From assembly GCA_025340205.1 (NCBI GenBank), contig CP006868.1:1290001-1322000 (forward strand): DNA of 32,000 bases. The letters are read 5' to 3'. Numbering within the stretch: the stretch's first letter is position 1; each line of letters opens with the position of its first letter. A model generated the notes under the pieces. The model saw nothing but the letters and a program-made list of their open reading frames with translations. It was not told the origin of the DNA and did no database searches. A program made the translations under genes and the position numbers. Of the stretch, positions 1-8,678 are shown one piece after another. The DNA is from Ignicoccus pacificus DSM 13166 (GTDB taxonomy: Archaea > Thermoproteota > Thermoprotei_A > Sulfolobales > Ignicoccaceae).

Positions 1-2
1 CC

Positions 3-566
3 GTGCTCTCGATAGGCAAGTACTCCATCATTTCCAAGGACGTGGGTCTAGTTGACGACGTTGAGAAGGTGTTCAACTTCTCTAAGCTCAAGGGTACCCA
101 TGGAATAGGCCACGTGAGGTTCTCCACGGAAAGCGCTGTAGATGCCCTTCACGCCCACCCCTTCCAGACCTTCGACTTCCCCGACATAGCGATCGTTCAC
201 AACGGTCAGATAACTAACTATTGGAAGAGGAGGGAGCTCCTAGAGCTGGAGGGTCACGTCTTCCAGACCGATAACGACTCCGAGCTGATAATTCATTATA
301 TTGTGAACAAGCTGAGGAAGGGCTACAAGCTGGAGGAGGCGCTTCACGAAGCAGTTAAGGACTTGGACGGTCCCTTCGCCTTCCTCATCTCCATGCCTGA
401 GGGAATTGGGATGGCTAGGGATAGGCTCGGCTTGAGACCCTTGGTTACCTCCGAGTATGAGGGTGTTTTCGTGGCCGCCTCGGAAGAGGTGGCTATCAGG
501 AAGGTACTTCCCGAGAGCAAGATTACCTACTTGAGACCCGGTGAGGTGGAAGTATGGAGGCCGTGA
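3..566 (+). CDS. Glutamate synthase glutamine-amidotransferase (class II GATase) domain protein, 5' truncated by window edge
   Basis: Translated motifs HGIGHVRFSTES..NAHPF-like 'HAHPFQTF', 'IVHNGQITNYW', 'TDNDSELIIHYI', 'RDRLGLRPL' typical of class II GATase; the N-terminal Cys region lies outside the window; stop overlaps the next gene start. Confidence 0.9.
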   Translation: MLSIGKYSIISKDVGLVDDVEKVFNFSKLKGTHGIGHVRFSTESAVDALHAHPFQTFDFPDIAIVHNGQITNYWKRRELLELEGHVFQTDNDSELIIHYIVNKLRKGYKLEEALHEAVKDLDGPFAFLISMPEGIGMARDRLGLRPLVTSEYEGVFVAASEEVAIRKVLPESKITYLRPGEVEVWRP

Positions 567-2701
567 GAATAGACGCTCAGAACATGACTCCAAAGGAGCT
601 AAACAGGGAACTGAAGGAGAAAGCTAAGAGGTACAAGAAAATAATAATACTAAATCCTAACGCCAAGCACTACATAGCCGCTGGACTGGTAGCGGACGTT
701 GAAGTCGAGATCGAGGGAAGCGCCGGCTACTTCCTAGGAACCATGATCCACGGGCCTAAGATTACGCTCAAGGGCAACGCGGGCTGGTACGTAGGAGATA
801 ACATGACTATGGGAGAGATAGTGGTTAAGGGACACGCCGGAAACGGAGTCGGTCAGTACATGTACGGAGGAACTGTGGTCGTTGAAGGAGATGCCGGAGA
901 TAGGAGTGCAGCCCTAATGAAGAATGGAATAGTAATCGTTAAGGGAGACGCTGGCTTAATGACTGGCCTTTACATGATGGGAGGTAAGGTAATCGTACTC
1001 GGAGATCTCAACGAGTACGCGGGAGAGATGATAATTAACGGTAGGATCTACATAGGAGGGGCCCCCAAGAGCCTAGGCAAGAACGCCAAGCTGGAGGAGG
1101 CCAAGCCAGAGGAGGTGGAGGAGGTAAACAAGATACTGAGGAAGTACGGCCTCCCCGAGAAGGACAGCTTCTACGTGATAGTTCCCAAGAGCTTGAGGCC
1201 TGTTTACAAGCCTCCATCCGGAACTCCCGCAATGAAGAAGCTCTTACCCAAGTTCAAGACCGAGTTCACCTATGAGCTCTGCATAGGCTGCGGAGTCTGC
1301 GCACAAGTCTGCCCCGAGAAGGTAATCAAGATGGTCGGAAACAAGCCAGTGGCTGCTAGACAAGCGGATTGCATAGGCTGCTACGCTTGCGTGAACTACT
1401 GTCCGACGGATGCGGTTAAGGTCTTCAGGGTGGCGGAGAGCAAGACCAACAGAGCTAACATAGACGCCTCGATATACAACTACATAAGGCAGATGGCCTC
1501 CGTAGGTCATCCTCCCGTAGTCGGAATGGGAGCGGAGAACAAGTACTTCCCCTCTCTAGATCAGCTTACCTTCATACCCGGCCAGACCTCTAGACCGCCC
1601 ATAGACAGCTACAGAGAGCCTTGCGACACCGAGGTGATCCTAGGCCATAGGTTCGCCGAGAAGCCCTTGAAGCTCAAGGCTCCGATAATGATAGGTGCCA
1701 TGAGCTTCGGCTCCGTCAGCAAGGAGGTAAAGATAGCGTTAGCTAAGGCGGCCGGAAGGCTGGGAATAGCCGCTAACACCGGAGAGGGAGGAATGCTCCC
1801 TGAAGAGAGGAAGTACGCCTCGATACTAATAGTCCAGTATGCCTCTGGAAGGTTCGGCGTGTCCGCTTCTTACCTAAGGTCCGGAGACGCTGTAGAGATC
1901 AAGATAGGGCAAGGAGCGAAGCCGGGAATGGGAGGACTCCTATTAGGAGAGAAGGTAACCGAGGACATCTCGAAGATGAGAGGGATCCCAATAGGCACCG
2001 ACGCGATAAGCCCGGCTAGGCACTTGGACATAGTGGGCCCAGAGGACCTAAAGATGAAGATAGAGCAGTTGAGAGAGATTACCGACTGGAAGGTCCCAAT
2101 AATAGTGAAGTACGCCGCTGGAAGGGTCGCCGACGACGTCAAGATAGCGGCCAAGGCCGGAGCGGACATAATTGTAATAGACGGGAAGCCCTCCGGAACG
2201 GGAGCCACCCCTTACATAGTGACCGAGCACACCGGCTACTCCACGATGGCTGCTGTGGTAGAGGCCCACAAGGCCTTGAAGGAGATAGGCCTTAGGGACA
2301 AGGTCTCCTTGGTGGTGGGAGGAGGGATAAAGACGGGGGCGGATGCGGCGAAAGTCTTGGCCTTAGGAGCTGACGCCGTCATGATCGCCTCTGCAACTTT
2401 GGTGCCCATAGGCTGTACCTACTGCGGAACCTGCCACAACGGCAGGTGTCCCTACGGAATAGCCACCCAGAAGCCCGAGCTGAGGAGGAGGATCAACGTG
2501 GAACTTGCCGCGAAGAGGATAGAGAACTACCTCAGAGGGTTCATAGAGGAGATGTGCATGTTCGCGCAGCTGGCCGGAAAGAGCAAGCTGAGCAACTTGG
2601 AGAAGGAGGACTTAAGGGCCTTAACATTCGAGGCCTCAATGCTGACCGGAGTGAAGCTAATGGGAGTGGAGAAGCCCGCCTCCGAGCTCATGGAGAGGTA
2701 A
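554..2701 (+). CDS. gltB: Glutamate synthase large-subunit-like protein: GXGXG domain, 2x[4Fe-4S] ferredoxin domain, FMN-binding synthase domain
   Basis: N-terminal glycine-rich repeats (GTMIHG, GNAG, GHAGNGVGQYMYGG), two CxxCxxCxxxCP motifs (CIGCGVCAQVCP, CIGCYACVNYCP), then the synthase core 'GAMSFGSVSKE', 'NTGEGG', 'GQGAKPG.GG', 'DISKMRGIPIGTDAISPARH'. Confidence 0.93.
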   Translation: MEAVRIDAQNMTPKELNRELKEKAKRYKKIIILNPNAKHYIAAGLVADVEVEIEGSAGYFLGTMIHGPKITLKGNAGWYVGDNMTMGEIVVKGHAGNGVGQYMYGGTVVVEGDAGDRSAALMKNGIVIVKGDAGLMTGLYMMGGKVIVLGDLNEYAGEMIINGRIYIGGAPKSLGKNAKLEEAKPEEVEEVNKILRKYGLPEKDSFYVIVPKSLRPVYKPPSGTPAMKKLLPKFKTEFTYELCIGCGVCAQVCPEKVIKMVGNKPVAARQADCIGCYACVNYCPTDAVKVFRVAESKTNRANIDASIYNYIRQMASVGHPPVVGMGAENKYFPSLDQLTFIPGQTSRPPIDSYREPCDTEVILGHRFAEKPLKLKAPIMIGAMSFGSVSKEVKIALAKAAGRLGIAANTGEGGMLPEERKYASILIVQYASGRFGVSASYLRSGDAVEIKIGQGAKPGMGGLLLGEKVTEDISKMRGIPIGTDAISPARHLDIVGPEDLKMKIEQLREITDWKVPIIVKYAAGRVADDVKIAAKAGADIIVIDGKPSGTGATPYIVTEHTGYSTMAAVVEAHKALKEIGLRDKVSLVVGGGIKTGADAAKVLALGADAVMIASATLVPIGCTYCGTCHNGRCPYGIATQKPELRRRINVELAAKRIENYLRGFIEEMCMFAQLAGKSKLSNLEKEDLRALTFEASMLTGVKLMGVEKPASELMER

Positions 2702-2747
2702 TTTTGTCCCTCCGGTTAGGTCACCTTAATTTCCGCTTCCTCCCCTT

Positions 2748-4109
2748 GTGGGACGGTGCTTCCACGTGGAGGTCGTCGTCATAGGAGGAGGAGCCGCTGG
2801 AATGAGCGCTGCCTCCAGGGTCAAGAGGCTTCACAAGGACTGGACCGTTAGGGTCTTCGAGGGATCCGGCTACGTTTCCTACGCCCCCTGCGGCCTCCCC
2901 TACTTCATTGTCGGGAAGGTAAAGGAACCGAACCAGCTCACCTACTACCCCGTCGAGGTCTTCAGGGAGAAGAGGGGGATAGACGTTCACGTCAACGCTT
3001 GGGTAATAGACGTGGATCTGGACAAGAGAATAGTGAAGGTGAAGGAGGGCGGGGAGGTGAAGGAGTATCACTGGGACAAACTGATATTGGCAACTGGGGC
3101 CAAGCCGAAGGACTTGGGAGTGGAGGGAGAGAACCTCAAGGGGGTGATAAAGCTCCACACGGTCGAGAGCGGGATAAAGGCTAGGGAGGAGCTCCAAGGA
3201 GCTAAGAGCGTGGTCGTGGTCGGAGCGGGGTTCACCGGAATAGAGGTCGCCGGGGAGCTCAAGGAAGCCGGCTACCAGGTTCACTTGGTAGTTAGGTCAA
3301 GGGTTCTGAGGAAGAGCTTTGATGAGGAGATGAGCGAGCTCATAGAGAATCACTTGAAGAAGAACGGAATAAACTTGATCAAGGGAGTAACTGTAGAGAG
3401 GATCGTCGGAAAGGAAAGGGTAGAGGGAGTGGAGCTTTCAAACGGAGAGAAGGTAGAGGCTCAAGCCGTAGTTGTAGCAGTTGGAATGGAGCCAGCAAAC
3501 GAGCTAGCGAAGAAGATGGGATTGGAGCTTGGAGTCAACGGGGCGGTGAGGATAAACGAGTACACCGAGACCTCCATGCAAGACGTCTACGCAGCTGGAG
3601 ATGTGGCGGAAAGCTGGCACGTCCACTTGGGAACGGATTACAGGGTGTGGTGCCCCTTCGCCCCTCCAGCCAACAAGATGGGGTTGGTCGCTGGGCTGAA
3701 CGCTTCCGGAAAGAGGGTCTCATTCCCCGGAAGCTCTTGTACCGGGATAACCAAGGTGTTGGGCTTAGAAATAGGGAGGACCGGGTTGACGGAAGAGGAG
3801 GCGAAGAAGATGGGCTTCAAAGTAACAGCTTCAATGGTCAAGGCTAGAACTAGAGCCCACTACTATCCCGGCTCCAGCTTCACCAACGTCAAGCTTGTGG
3901 CTGATTCCAACACCGGCATGGTGCTCGGAGTCCAAGTGGTCGGACCCGAAGGAGTTAAGGGAAGGGTTGACGCCGTCGCCACCCTCCTCACGAGGAGGGG
4001 CACGGTAAGGGACCTCTTCTTCGCTGACATAAGCTACGTCCCTCCCTTGGCCCCAGTGTGGGACCCCTTGGTAACCGCCGCCAGGCTCCTGTACAAGGAC
4101 CTCAGGTGA
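2748..4109 (+). CDS. FAD/NAD(P)-dependent pyridine nucleotide-disulfide oxidoreductase, CoA-disulfide reductase family
   Basis: 'VVVIGGGAAGMSAA' FAD motif, active-site-like 'YVSYAPCGLPYF', second Rossmann 'VVVVGAGFTGIEVA', 'VYAAGDVAES' FAD motif. The true start could be GTG at ~2767. Confidence 0.88.
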   Translation: MGRCFHVEVVVIGGGAAGMSAASRVKRLHKDWTVRVFEGSGYVSYAPCGLPYFIVGKVKEPNQLTYYPVEVFREKRGIDVHVNAWVIDVDLDKRIVKVKEGGEVKEYHWDKLILATGAKPKDLGVEGENLKGVIKLHTVESGIKAREELQGAKSVVVVGAGFTGIEVAGELKEAGYQVHLVVRSRVLRKSFDEEMSELIENHLKKNGINLIKGVTVERIVGKERVEGVELSNGEKVEAQAVVVAVGMEPANELAKKMGLELGVNGAVRINEYTETSMQDVYAAGDVAESWHVHLGTDYRVWCPFAPPANKMGLVAGLNASGKRVSFPGSSCTGITKVLGLEIGRTGLTEEEAKKMGFKVTASMVKARTRAHYYPGSSFTNVKLVADSNTGMVLGVQVVGPEGVKGRVDAVATLLTRRGTVRDLFFADISYVPPLAPVWDPLVTAARLLYKDLR

Positions 4110-4556
4110 GGCATTCGTTATTTCAATAATCCTTTTCAATACTTCAATTAGCAGAATCCCTACTATCGTGAAAGTTATTGGACTGAAGCCGAACCTAGGA
4201 TGGAAGAAGAGGCCAAAGGAAGCTAAGTAGAGGGGTAAGACGTTCAGGCCCTCTAACTTCGTCCCCTCAAGCATTCCCTTAGCCTCTTCAGAAGCTATCA
4301 TGGAAGCGATGAAGGCGCTGGCTATGTATAGGAAGACCAGTTGAGCCTTTAAGGTCTTGGACAAGTGGAATATCCAAAGGAGGAGTATTGCGATGGCTAG
4401 CGCCTTAGAGCTGTTCCTCCAGCCTTCATTCCTTACATTATAGAGAGCGTAAAGGGCTACTAAGCTGGCGAAGAGCAGCTTGAGATAGCTTACGCTCCCA
4501 AACGTAATGTAGATCCACGCTAGAGCGGAAACGAGGAGCAACGAGAGCGGATCCAT
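3831..4556 (-). CDS. Hypothetical multi-pass membrane protein (C-terminal extent uncertain)
   Basis: N-terminal ~135 aa strongly hydrophobic with several predicted TM helices; the C-terminal ~95 codons lie antisense to the well-supported flavoprotein gene and look non-protein-like. Confidence 0.45.
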   Translation of the reverse strand: MDPLSLLLVSALAWIYITFGSVSYLKLLFASLVALYALYNVRNEGWRNSSKALAIAILLLWIFHLSKTLKAQLVFLYIASAFIASMIASEEAKGMLEGTKLEGLNVLPLYLASFGLFFHPRFGFSPITFTIVGILLIEVLKRIIEITNASPEVLVQEPGGGYQGVPHWGQGRDVAYVSEEEVPYRAPPREEGGDGVNPSLNSFGSDHLDSEHHAGVGISHKLDVGEAGAGIVVGSSSSLDH

Positions 4557-4692
4557 CGCTTCTCCCGAGGGTATATTCTCTATTTTGGATTAAATCTATT
4601 TTGTTAGAAAGGCAATGGGTTCTCTGTTCTATTTATTGGAACAAAATAGGGAAAAGCTTATAAAGATAGTCACTCTTCCCCTGCACGGAAGT

Positions 4693-4770
4693 GCCGCGGT
4701 AGTATAGCCAGGCCTAGTATGCGGGCCTGTCGAGCCCGTGACCCGGGTTCAAATCCCGGCCGCGGCGCCA
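4693..4770 (+). tRNA. tRNA-Asp (GTC), CCA encoded
   Basis: Acceptor stem GCCGCGG/CCGCGGC, anticodon arm CGGGC-CTGTCGA-GCCCG (anticodon GTC), T arm CCGGG-TTCAAAT-CCCGG, discriminator G then CCA; upstream TATA-like 'CTTATAAA' at ~4666. Confidence 0.96.
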
Positions 4771-4810
4771 CAAACCCCCTCACCACCCCTCCCTTCGTTC
4801 GAAAGACTCT

Positions 4811-5311
4811 TTATTGACCGAGCAACTTAGCTCGGATCTCTTCTGTGGAAGTCTCTCTAACGAAGATCACGTTAAGCCTTAACCTCCTAGCTTGATTTGC
4901 CATGCCCTTGTCGTCGGTTACGAGTAGAGAGTCCGTAAGAAGCGCCAATGCGAGGAAGTAAGTATCGAAACCGGACGGAGCAGTCGTTAATGCTACTTCC
5001 AGGGCCTTATCGTACACTACGTCCTCGTCAATAACTATGAAAGTATTGTTTAGACTCTCAACGACTTTTAGTACGTGCTCTCTCGGCATGCCGCTCCGCT
5101 TCAGTACCGATGCAACTTCTATTATGCCAGCTTTTGGGAAGAACACCTTATAGTTCATCTTCTCCAGCAAGCTCAGTATTACACGTATCTTCTGGCGAGT
5201 CTCTATCTCCCTCTTATAGATGTCTCTCTCCAAATACCTTGGTGGAGCCAGAACGCTTTTGGCTACGACGCTTGTGTCGAGTACAACTCTACCCATACAG
5301 CTTCTTGTCAC
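4811..5311 (-). CDS. PIN-domain toxin (VapC-like)
   Basis: 'VVLDTSVVAKSVL' N-terminal Asp motif, 'IIEVAS', 'GFDTYFLALAL', 'LLVTDDKGMANQARRL' PIN motifs. Confidence 0.85.
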   Translation of the reverse strand: MTRSCMGRVVLDTSVVAKSVLAPPRYLERDIYKREIETRQKIRVILSLLEKMNYKVFFPKAGIIEVASVLKRSGMPREHVLKVVESLNNTFIVIDEDVVYDKALEVALTTAPSGFDTYFLALALLTDSLLVTDDKGMANQARRLRLNVIFVRETSTEEIRAKLLGQ

Positions 5312-5510
5312 GTTTACGAACCTCCTCTAAAACTTCGTCGACGTTCCGTTTGGCTTCGAAACTTGTAGACAGAGCTAGCTCATAAAAACTCTTATCACGT
5401 ACCACAACGACCAGCTCTTCCCCCTCCTTAAGGTCTACAGGCTCAAGAGGTTTTAGCACGCCGTTTTCATACTTAACACGTATAGCCTTGGACAACTCTA
5501 TCCCCGTCAA
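5289..5510 (-). CDS. DUF104-type (AF2212-like) antitoxin partner
   Basis: 'IRVKYENGVLKPLEPVDLKEGEELVVVV' is the characteristic DUF104 motif; overlaps the start of the PIN toxin. Confidence 0.85.
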   Translation of the reverse strand: MTGIELSKAIRVKYENGVLKPLEPVDLKEGEELVVVVRDKSFYELALSTSFEAKRNVDEVLEEVRKRDKKLYG

Positions 5511-5639
5511 TATACGTTGCCGACAGAGTCACCTAAGCTTTTTCCGATGCAATATTCATAATTAGACTCAAGAATTAGAGTGAACGTCACATTCCGTGCT
5601 TCTTTGTGTATCTGTATAAGGCTGGTTTTATAGCACGGA

Positions 5640-5684
5640 CCTGTCGAGCCCGTGACCCGGGTTCAAATCCCGGCCGCGGCGCCA
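5640..5684 (+). repeat. 45-bp perfect duplicate of tRNA-Asp 3' half (att-like scar)
   Basis: 5640-5684 is identical to 4726-4770 (cctgtcgagcccgtgacccgggttcaaatcccggccgcggcgcca); the tRNA 5' half is absent, so it is not a functional tRNA. Confidence 0.93.
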
Positions 5685-5979
5685 TTCTCACAAATTACAA
5701 CTACCCATGCTGCCTCGGCAAGTAACTTCCGACCCCATCCCACTGTTTCCAGACCCTGGAACCTCGATTGAGAGGGAGATCAACGAACATACTTAGTATT
5801 TTCTAGAAAGATATTGAGGTTCGAATATGGTCCATCTTACTATGTTATATGGCCTCTTTACATACAAGACTTGAGGCTTCATGGCTCACCGGCCCTTCTC
5901 AGAATTTCATTCTCTACATCTTTTGAGATTCTGAAACCAGCGTCCTTGAGCTTTTCAATATCGTTCTTCACACTACTTA

Positions 5980-6378
5980 TTAATTTAATCCGATTCTCTT
6001 TGCCTTAAGTAGTATACCCACTGTGCCGGCCACACGGAGACCTAGCTTCTTGGCATGTTGTCGCCCTTCTCTTTCATCAATTAACAATAGGTCAGCTCCA
6101 GTCTCGAGTGCAAGTATGATGGCTTCCGCTTCACCTTCATCGAGAAATGTCATTAAGAGAGTCTTCATTGATTTGTTCTTTATTGGAAGTACTTTTATCC
6201 ATGGCGCATTCTTCACCTCGAGTGCGCCCGGTTGTCCCATGCCTTCTTCGACTACCTCTTTATACACCGCACAAGGGATGATTACCTCATTGAACAGTTC
6301 TTGCAAAAGGTAGAGTCTGCCTATTCTCGATAGGTGAATTAGCGGTGAGGAATTAGATACTACCTTAAGTCTCTGCAA
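5980..6378 (-). CDS. DUF3368 PIN-like predicted nuclease/toxin
   Basis: 'VVSNSSPLIHLSRIGRLYLLQELFNEVIIPCAVYKEVVEEG', 'LDEGEAEAIILALE', 'LLIDEREGRQHAKKLGLRVAGTVGILLKAK' are hallmark DUF3368 motifs. Confidence 0.87.
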   Translation of the reverse strand: MQRLKVVSNSSPLIHLSRIGRLYLLQELFNEVIIPCAVYKEVVEEGMGQPGALEVKNAPWIKVLPIKNKSMKTLLMTFLDEGEAEAIILALETGADLLLIDEREGRQHAKKLGLRVAGTVGILLKAKRIGLN

Positions 6379-6628
6379 ACTTTAAATCATCCTCCAGTTC
6401 TTCGTTAGTATAGTGTCTTTCGACTTTCCTCTTACTAAGCTCTTCCAAGAACTCCCACTTGCTCAAGCCGGCCAATCTGCGAGCTTGTCCCAAGCTCAGT
6501 ACTCCCCGAGCATAGAGGGCTATAGCCAGCTCGAGTCGTGCAACGCGTTCGAATTCGTTCTCCGGGATCTTGGCTCCTTGGACTACGTCTTTAGGAACGC
6601 GGATGACGATGGAGACCTCTTTGACCAA
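6365..6628 (-). CDS. UPF0175-family antitoxin
   Basis: 'LELAIALYARGVLSLGQARRLAGLSKWEFLEEL' UPF0175 helix-turn-helix-like signature; overlaps the DUF3368 gene. Confidence 0.87.
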   Translation of the reverse strand: MVKEVSIVIRVPKDVVQGAKIPENEFERVARLELAIALYARGVLSLGQARRLAGLSKWEFLEELSKRKVERHYTNEELEDDLKFAET

Positions 6629-6666
6629 CGCTTAAGCCCGTCGAGGGAACGCATAAGGGATATTCA

Positions 6667-6711
6667 AGTATGCGGGCTTGTCAAGTGAGTTCAAATCCGG
6701 CTGCAGCGCCA
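6667..6711 (+). repeat. Degenerate tRNA-Asp 3' fragment (older att-like scar)
   Basis: agtatgcgggcttgtcaagtgagttcaaatccggctgcagcgcca aligns with agtatgcgggcctgtcgagcccgtgacccgggttcaaatcccggccgcggcgcca of tRNA-Asp, with deletions and substitutions. Confidence 0.78.
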
Positions 6712-7255
6712 CCTCTATAACCTTGGATTCAGGTTCTGTAATTCTACGGAATCTTAATTGGATTATCCGAACTCAAGAAGCCTCAGAGCTTCCCCTTTCG
6801 GACACCTCGTTGGTCGTACAGAGTATATCAGCGAAGTGCAACTAAAGTTAGTTAGAGATCTTGATGCTTGGGCCCCGAGCGAGGCTAATCCGTTCGGTCC
6901 TCGAACGCTTTTACCGCCAATGAACTCTCGAAGGTCCTAGGTAAAAGCAGGAGTACGATCTACGCTGAGGGAGAAGTAATCCCGAGCGAGGAGGTCGTAG
7001 TGAAGGTTCTAACATTGCTCCCTGTCGACGCATCCCTCGGTTCAGTAGGGAAGGAGGTTCTCAATGCTTATGGGTTGCTTGATCGAGGCGACAAATCAAA
7101 GCTTGCCCCTTTGCTAGCGATCTTGACCGTAGCTCTCTGAATCATTAATACGTCAAGTAAGCTCGCTATCTTAAGTGAAACTCCATTTTTCCCACGAGTT
7201 GTGACTAGAACTCCTATAGTACAGGATTTGATAAAGTAGAAGCACCGTTCTTAGG

Positions 7256-7666
7256 TTATATTTCAAGAGGGTTTACCACTTCTACGTTTAATAATTTGGA
7301 TATCAAGTTAGCTTTCTTGCTTATCTCTTTATCTAGTGTTATGAACCTATCACAATTGAGTAAGTATGAGGATAGCAGATGTAAAGTATCTAGCGTCCTT
7401 AACTTGATTAAGGAGGAGAAACGTTCCATAAGTGAGATTAGTTCAGCAAGGCTTACGTCTACTATTCTCGCCCTAACTATACTTAGTGACGCCTTTGCCA
7501 ATACCTTCGGATCGTTAGCTACTCTAGAGAAGAATGAAATTAGCTCGGCGTAAACCAGAGGGGTCACCGTTCCCTTGCCGATCTTAAAGTTCCTTACCTT
7601 TTCATGATTCACATCATCTTCCACTACGTAAGAAATTATGAAAGAGGTATCTAGAAAATCGGTCAC
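7256..7666 (-). CDS. PIN-domain toxin (VapC-like)
   Basis: 'MTDFLDTSFIISYVVEDDVNHEKV', 'PLVYAELISFFSR', 'LRTLDTLHLLSSYLLNCDRFITLDKEISKKA' PIN signatures. Confidence 0.82.
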   Translation of the reverse strand: MTDFLDTSFIISYVVEDDVNHEKVRNFKIGKGTVTPLVYAELISFFSRVANDPKVLAKASLSIVRARIVDVSLAELISLMERFSSLIKLRTLDTLHLLSSYLLNCDRFITLDKEISKKANLISKLLNVEVVNPLEI

Positions 7667-7896
7667 TCCCTTTCACCTAGGAACTCTGAAACCCAGTCCT
7701 TCTTCTTGCCCAAGCTTATCTTACCTTCTTTTACGATTCTCTCTATCTTTTCATTTTCGTTGTCTAAGTTCTTCAAGCCTAACTCTATTAACTTTATTAT
7801 CACTTCGTTCCTAGACTTCCCATATCCAGATTCTAAGAGTTCGTTTATCTTTTCCAAGATCTCTTTCTTCACCCTTAAAGGCAGTACTACGCTCAA
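7663..7896 (-). CDS. Ribbon-helix-helix-like antitoxin
   Basis: 'SVVLPLRVKKEILEKINELLESGYGKSRNEVIIKLIELGLKNL' CopG/RHH pattern; 4-bp overlap with the PIN gene start. Confidence 0.78.
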   Translation of the reverse strand: MSVVLPLRVKKEILEKINELLESGYGKSRNEVIIKLIELGLKNLDNENEKIERIVKEGKISLGKKKDWVSEFLGERE

Positions 7897-8232
7897 ATGT
7901 ATACACCAAAGTATACTCTACTGAGAAACATAAAAGTATACGGAAAATGCTCTTAGCTCTTGGATACTTACCAGTTCTTCCTATTTGTGCTTTTGTGTTA
8001 CGTGTGGTGAGCTCTTTATTCTTGTTCAATCATCACCAAAATGTAGATTAATGAAAATGGCCTAATCACGAAAATTTGTGATCTTGAGCGAATGGTTTAC
8101 ACTTAGCGTAGAACTGACGTATACTCTATATAGATCTAACATCTTACGTACAATCTGTGGCGATAACCCTCCCTATTCCATCTCTTATGTACAATTAGGG
8201 TTTATTGAGAATTTATTGTTAACTTTTACTTA

Positions 8233-8631
8233 TCAGTTTTCTAAGTCTTTCTCAATTGCTTTAACTAACTCCTTCACTCTCTTTAATGCATCCTTTACAT
8301 GTTCCTCTTTGCACCATCCTTCGTAAAAGCAGACGTGCATTGAAGAAGCGCTCATCCAAGCATCATGAACCCACTCGCCCCATCTTTTCCTCAGCTCCAA
8401 TTCGTACTCCCACAACTGTCCATGTGAAGCTAACCTCTTCCCTTCCTTTACCAATGCGTGTGCTTTGATGGCTAAAGCAGCTGCTCCCCAGACCTTTTCA
8501 GCGGCTTGTCTGTAATCGCCTTTCCGAAGCTCCTCCTCAGCTTGTTTAAGGAATTGCTTTGCTTGTTCTAAGTAACTCAATTGCTTCAAGCTCAAAAGAG
8601 GTTCCCAGTATGACCCGCGGTAAAGGTTCAT
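8233..8631 (-). CDS. PaREP1/HEPN-like protein
   Basis: 'YLEQAKQFLKQAEEELRKGDYRQAAEKVWGAAALAIKAHA' PaREP1-family pattern; helical. Confidence 0.8.
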   Translation of the reverse strand: MNLYRGSYWEPLLSLKQLSYLEQAKQFLKQAEEELRKGDYRQAAEKVWGAAALAIKAHALVKEGKRLASHGQLWEYELELRKRWGEWVHDAWMSASSMHVCFYEGWCKEEHVKDALKRVKELVKAIEKDLEN

Positions 8632-8678
8632 GAGCGTTTATCTCTAGCTTTTCTCATTAAAGGTCTGGGATTCAAAGA

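Noticed and set aside
240-593. 117-aa minus-strand ORF
   Set aside because: Fully antisense to the GATase/GltS genes; shadow ORF.
2721-3284. 187-aa minus-strand ORF
   Set aside because: Antisense to the well-supported flavoprotein gene; composition is not protein-like.
5075-5385. Plus-strand ORFs over the PIN/DUF104 genes
   Set aside because: Antisense shadows of the clear TA genes.
5640-5684. Considered as a second functional tRNA-Asp gene
   Set aside because: No matching 5' acceptor strand GCCGCGG or D-arm upstream; only the 3' half is present.
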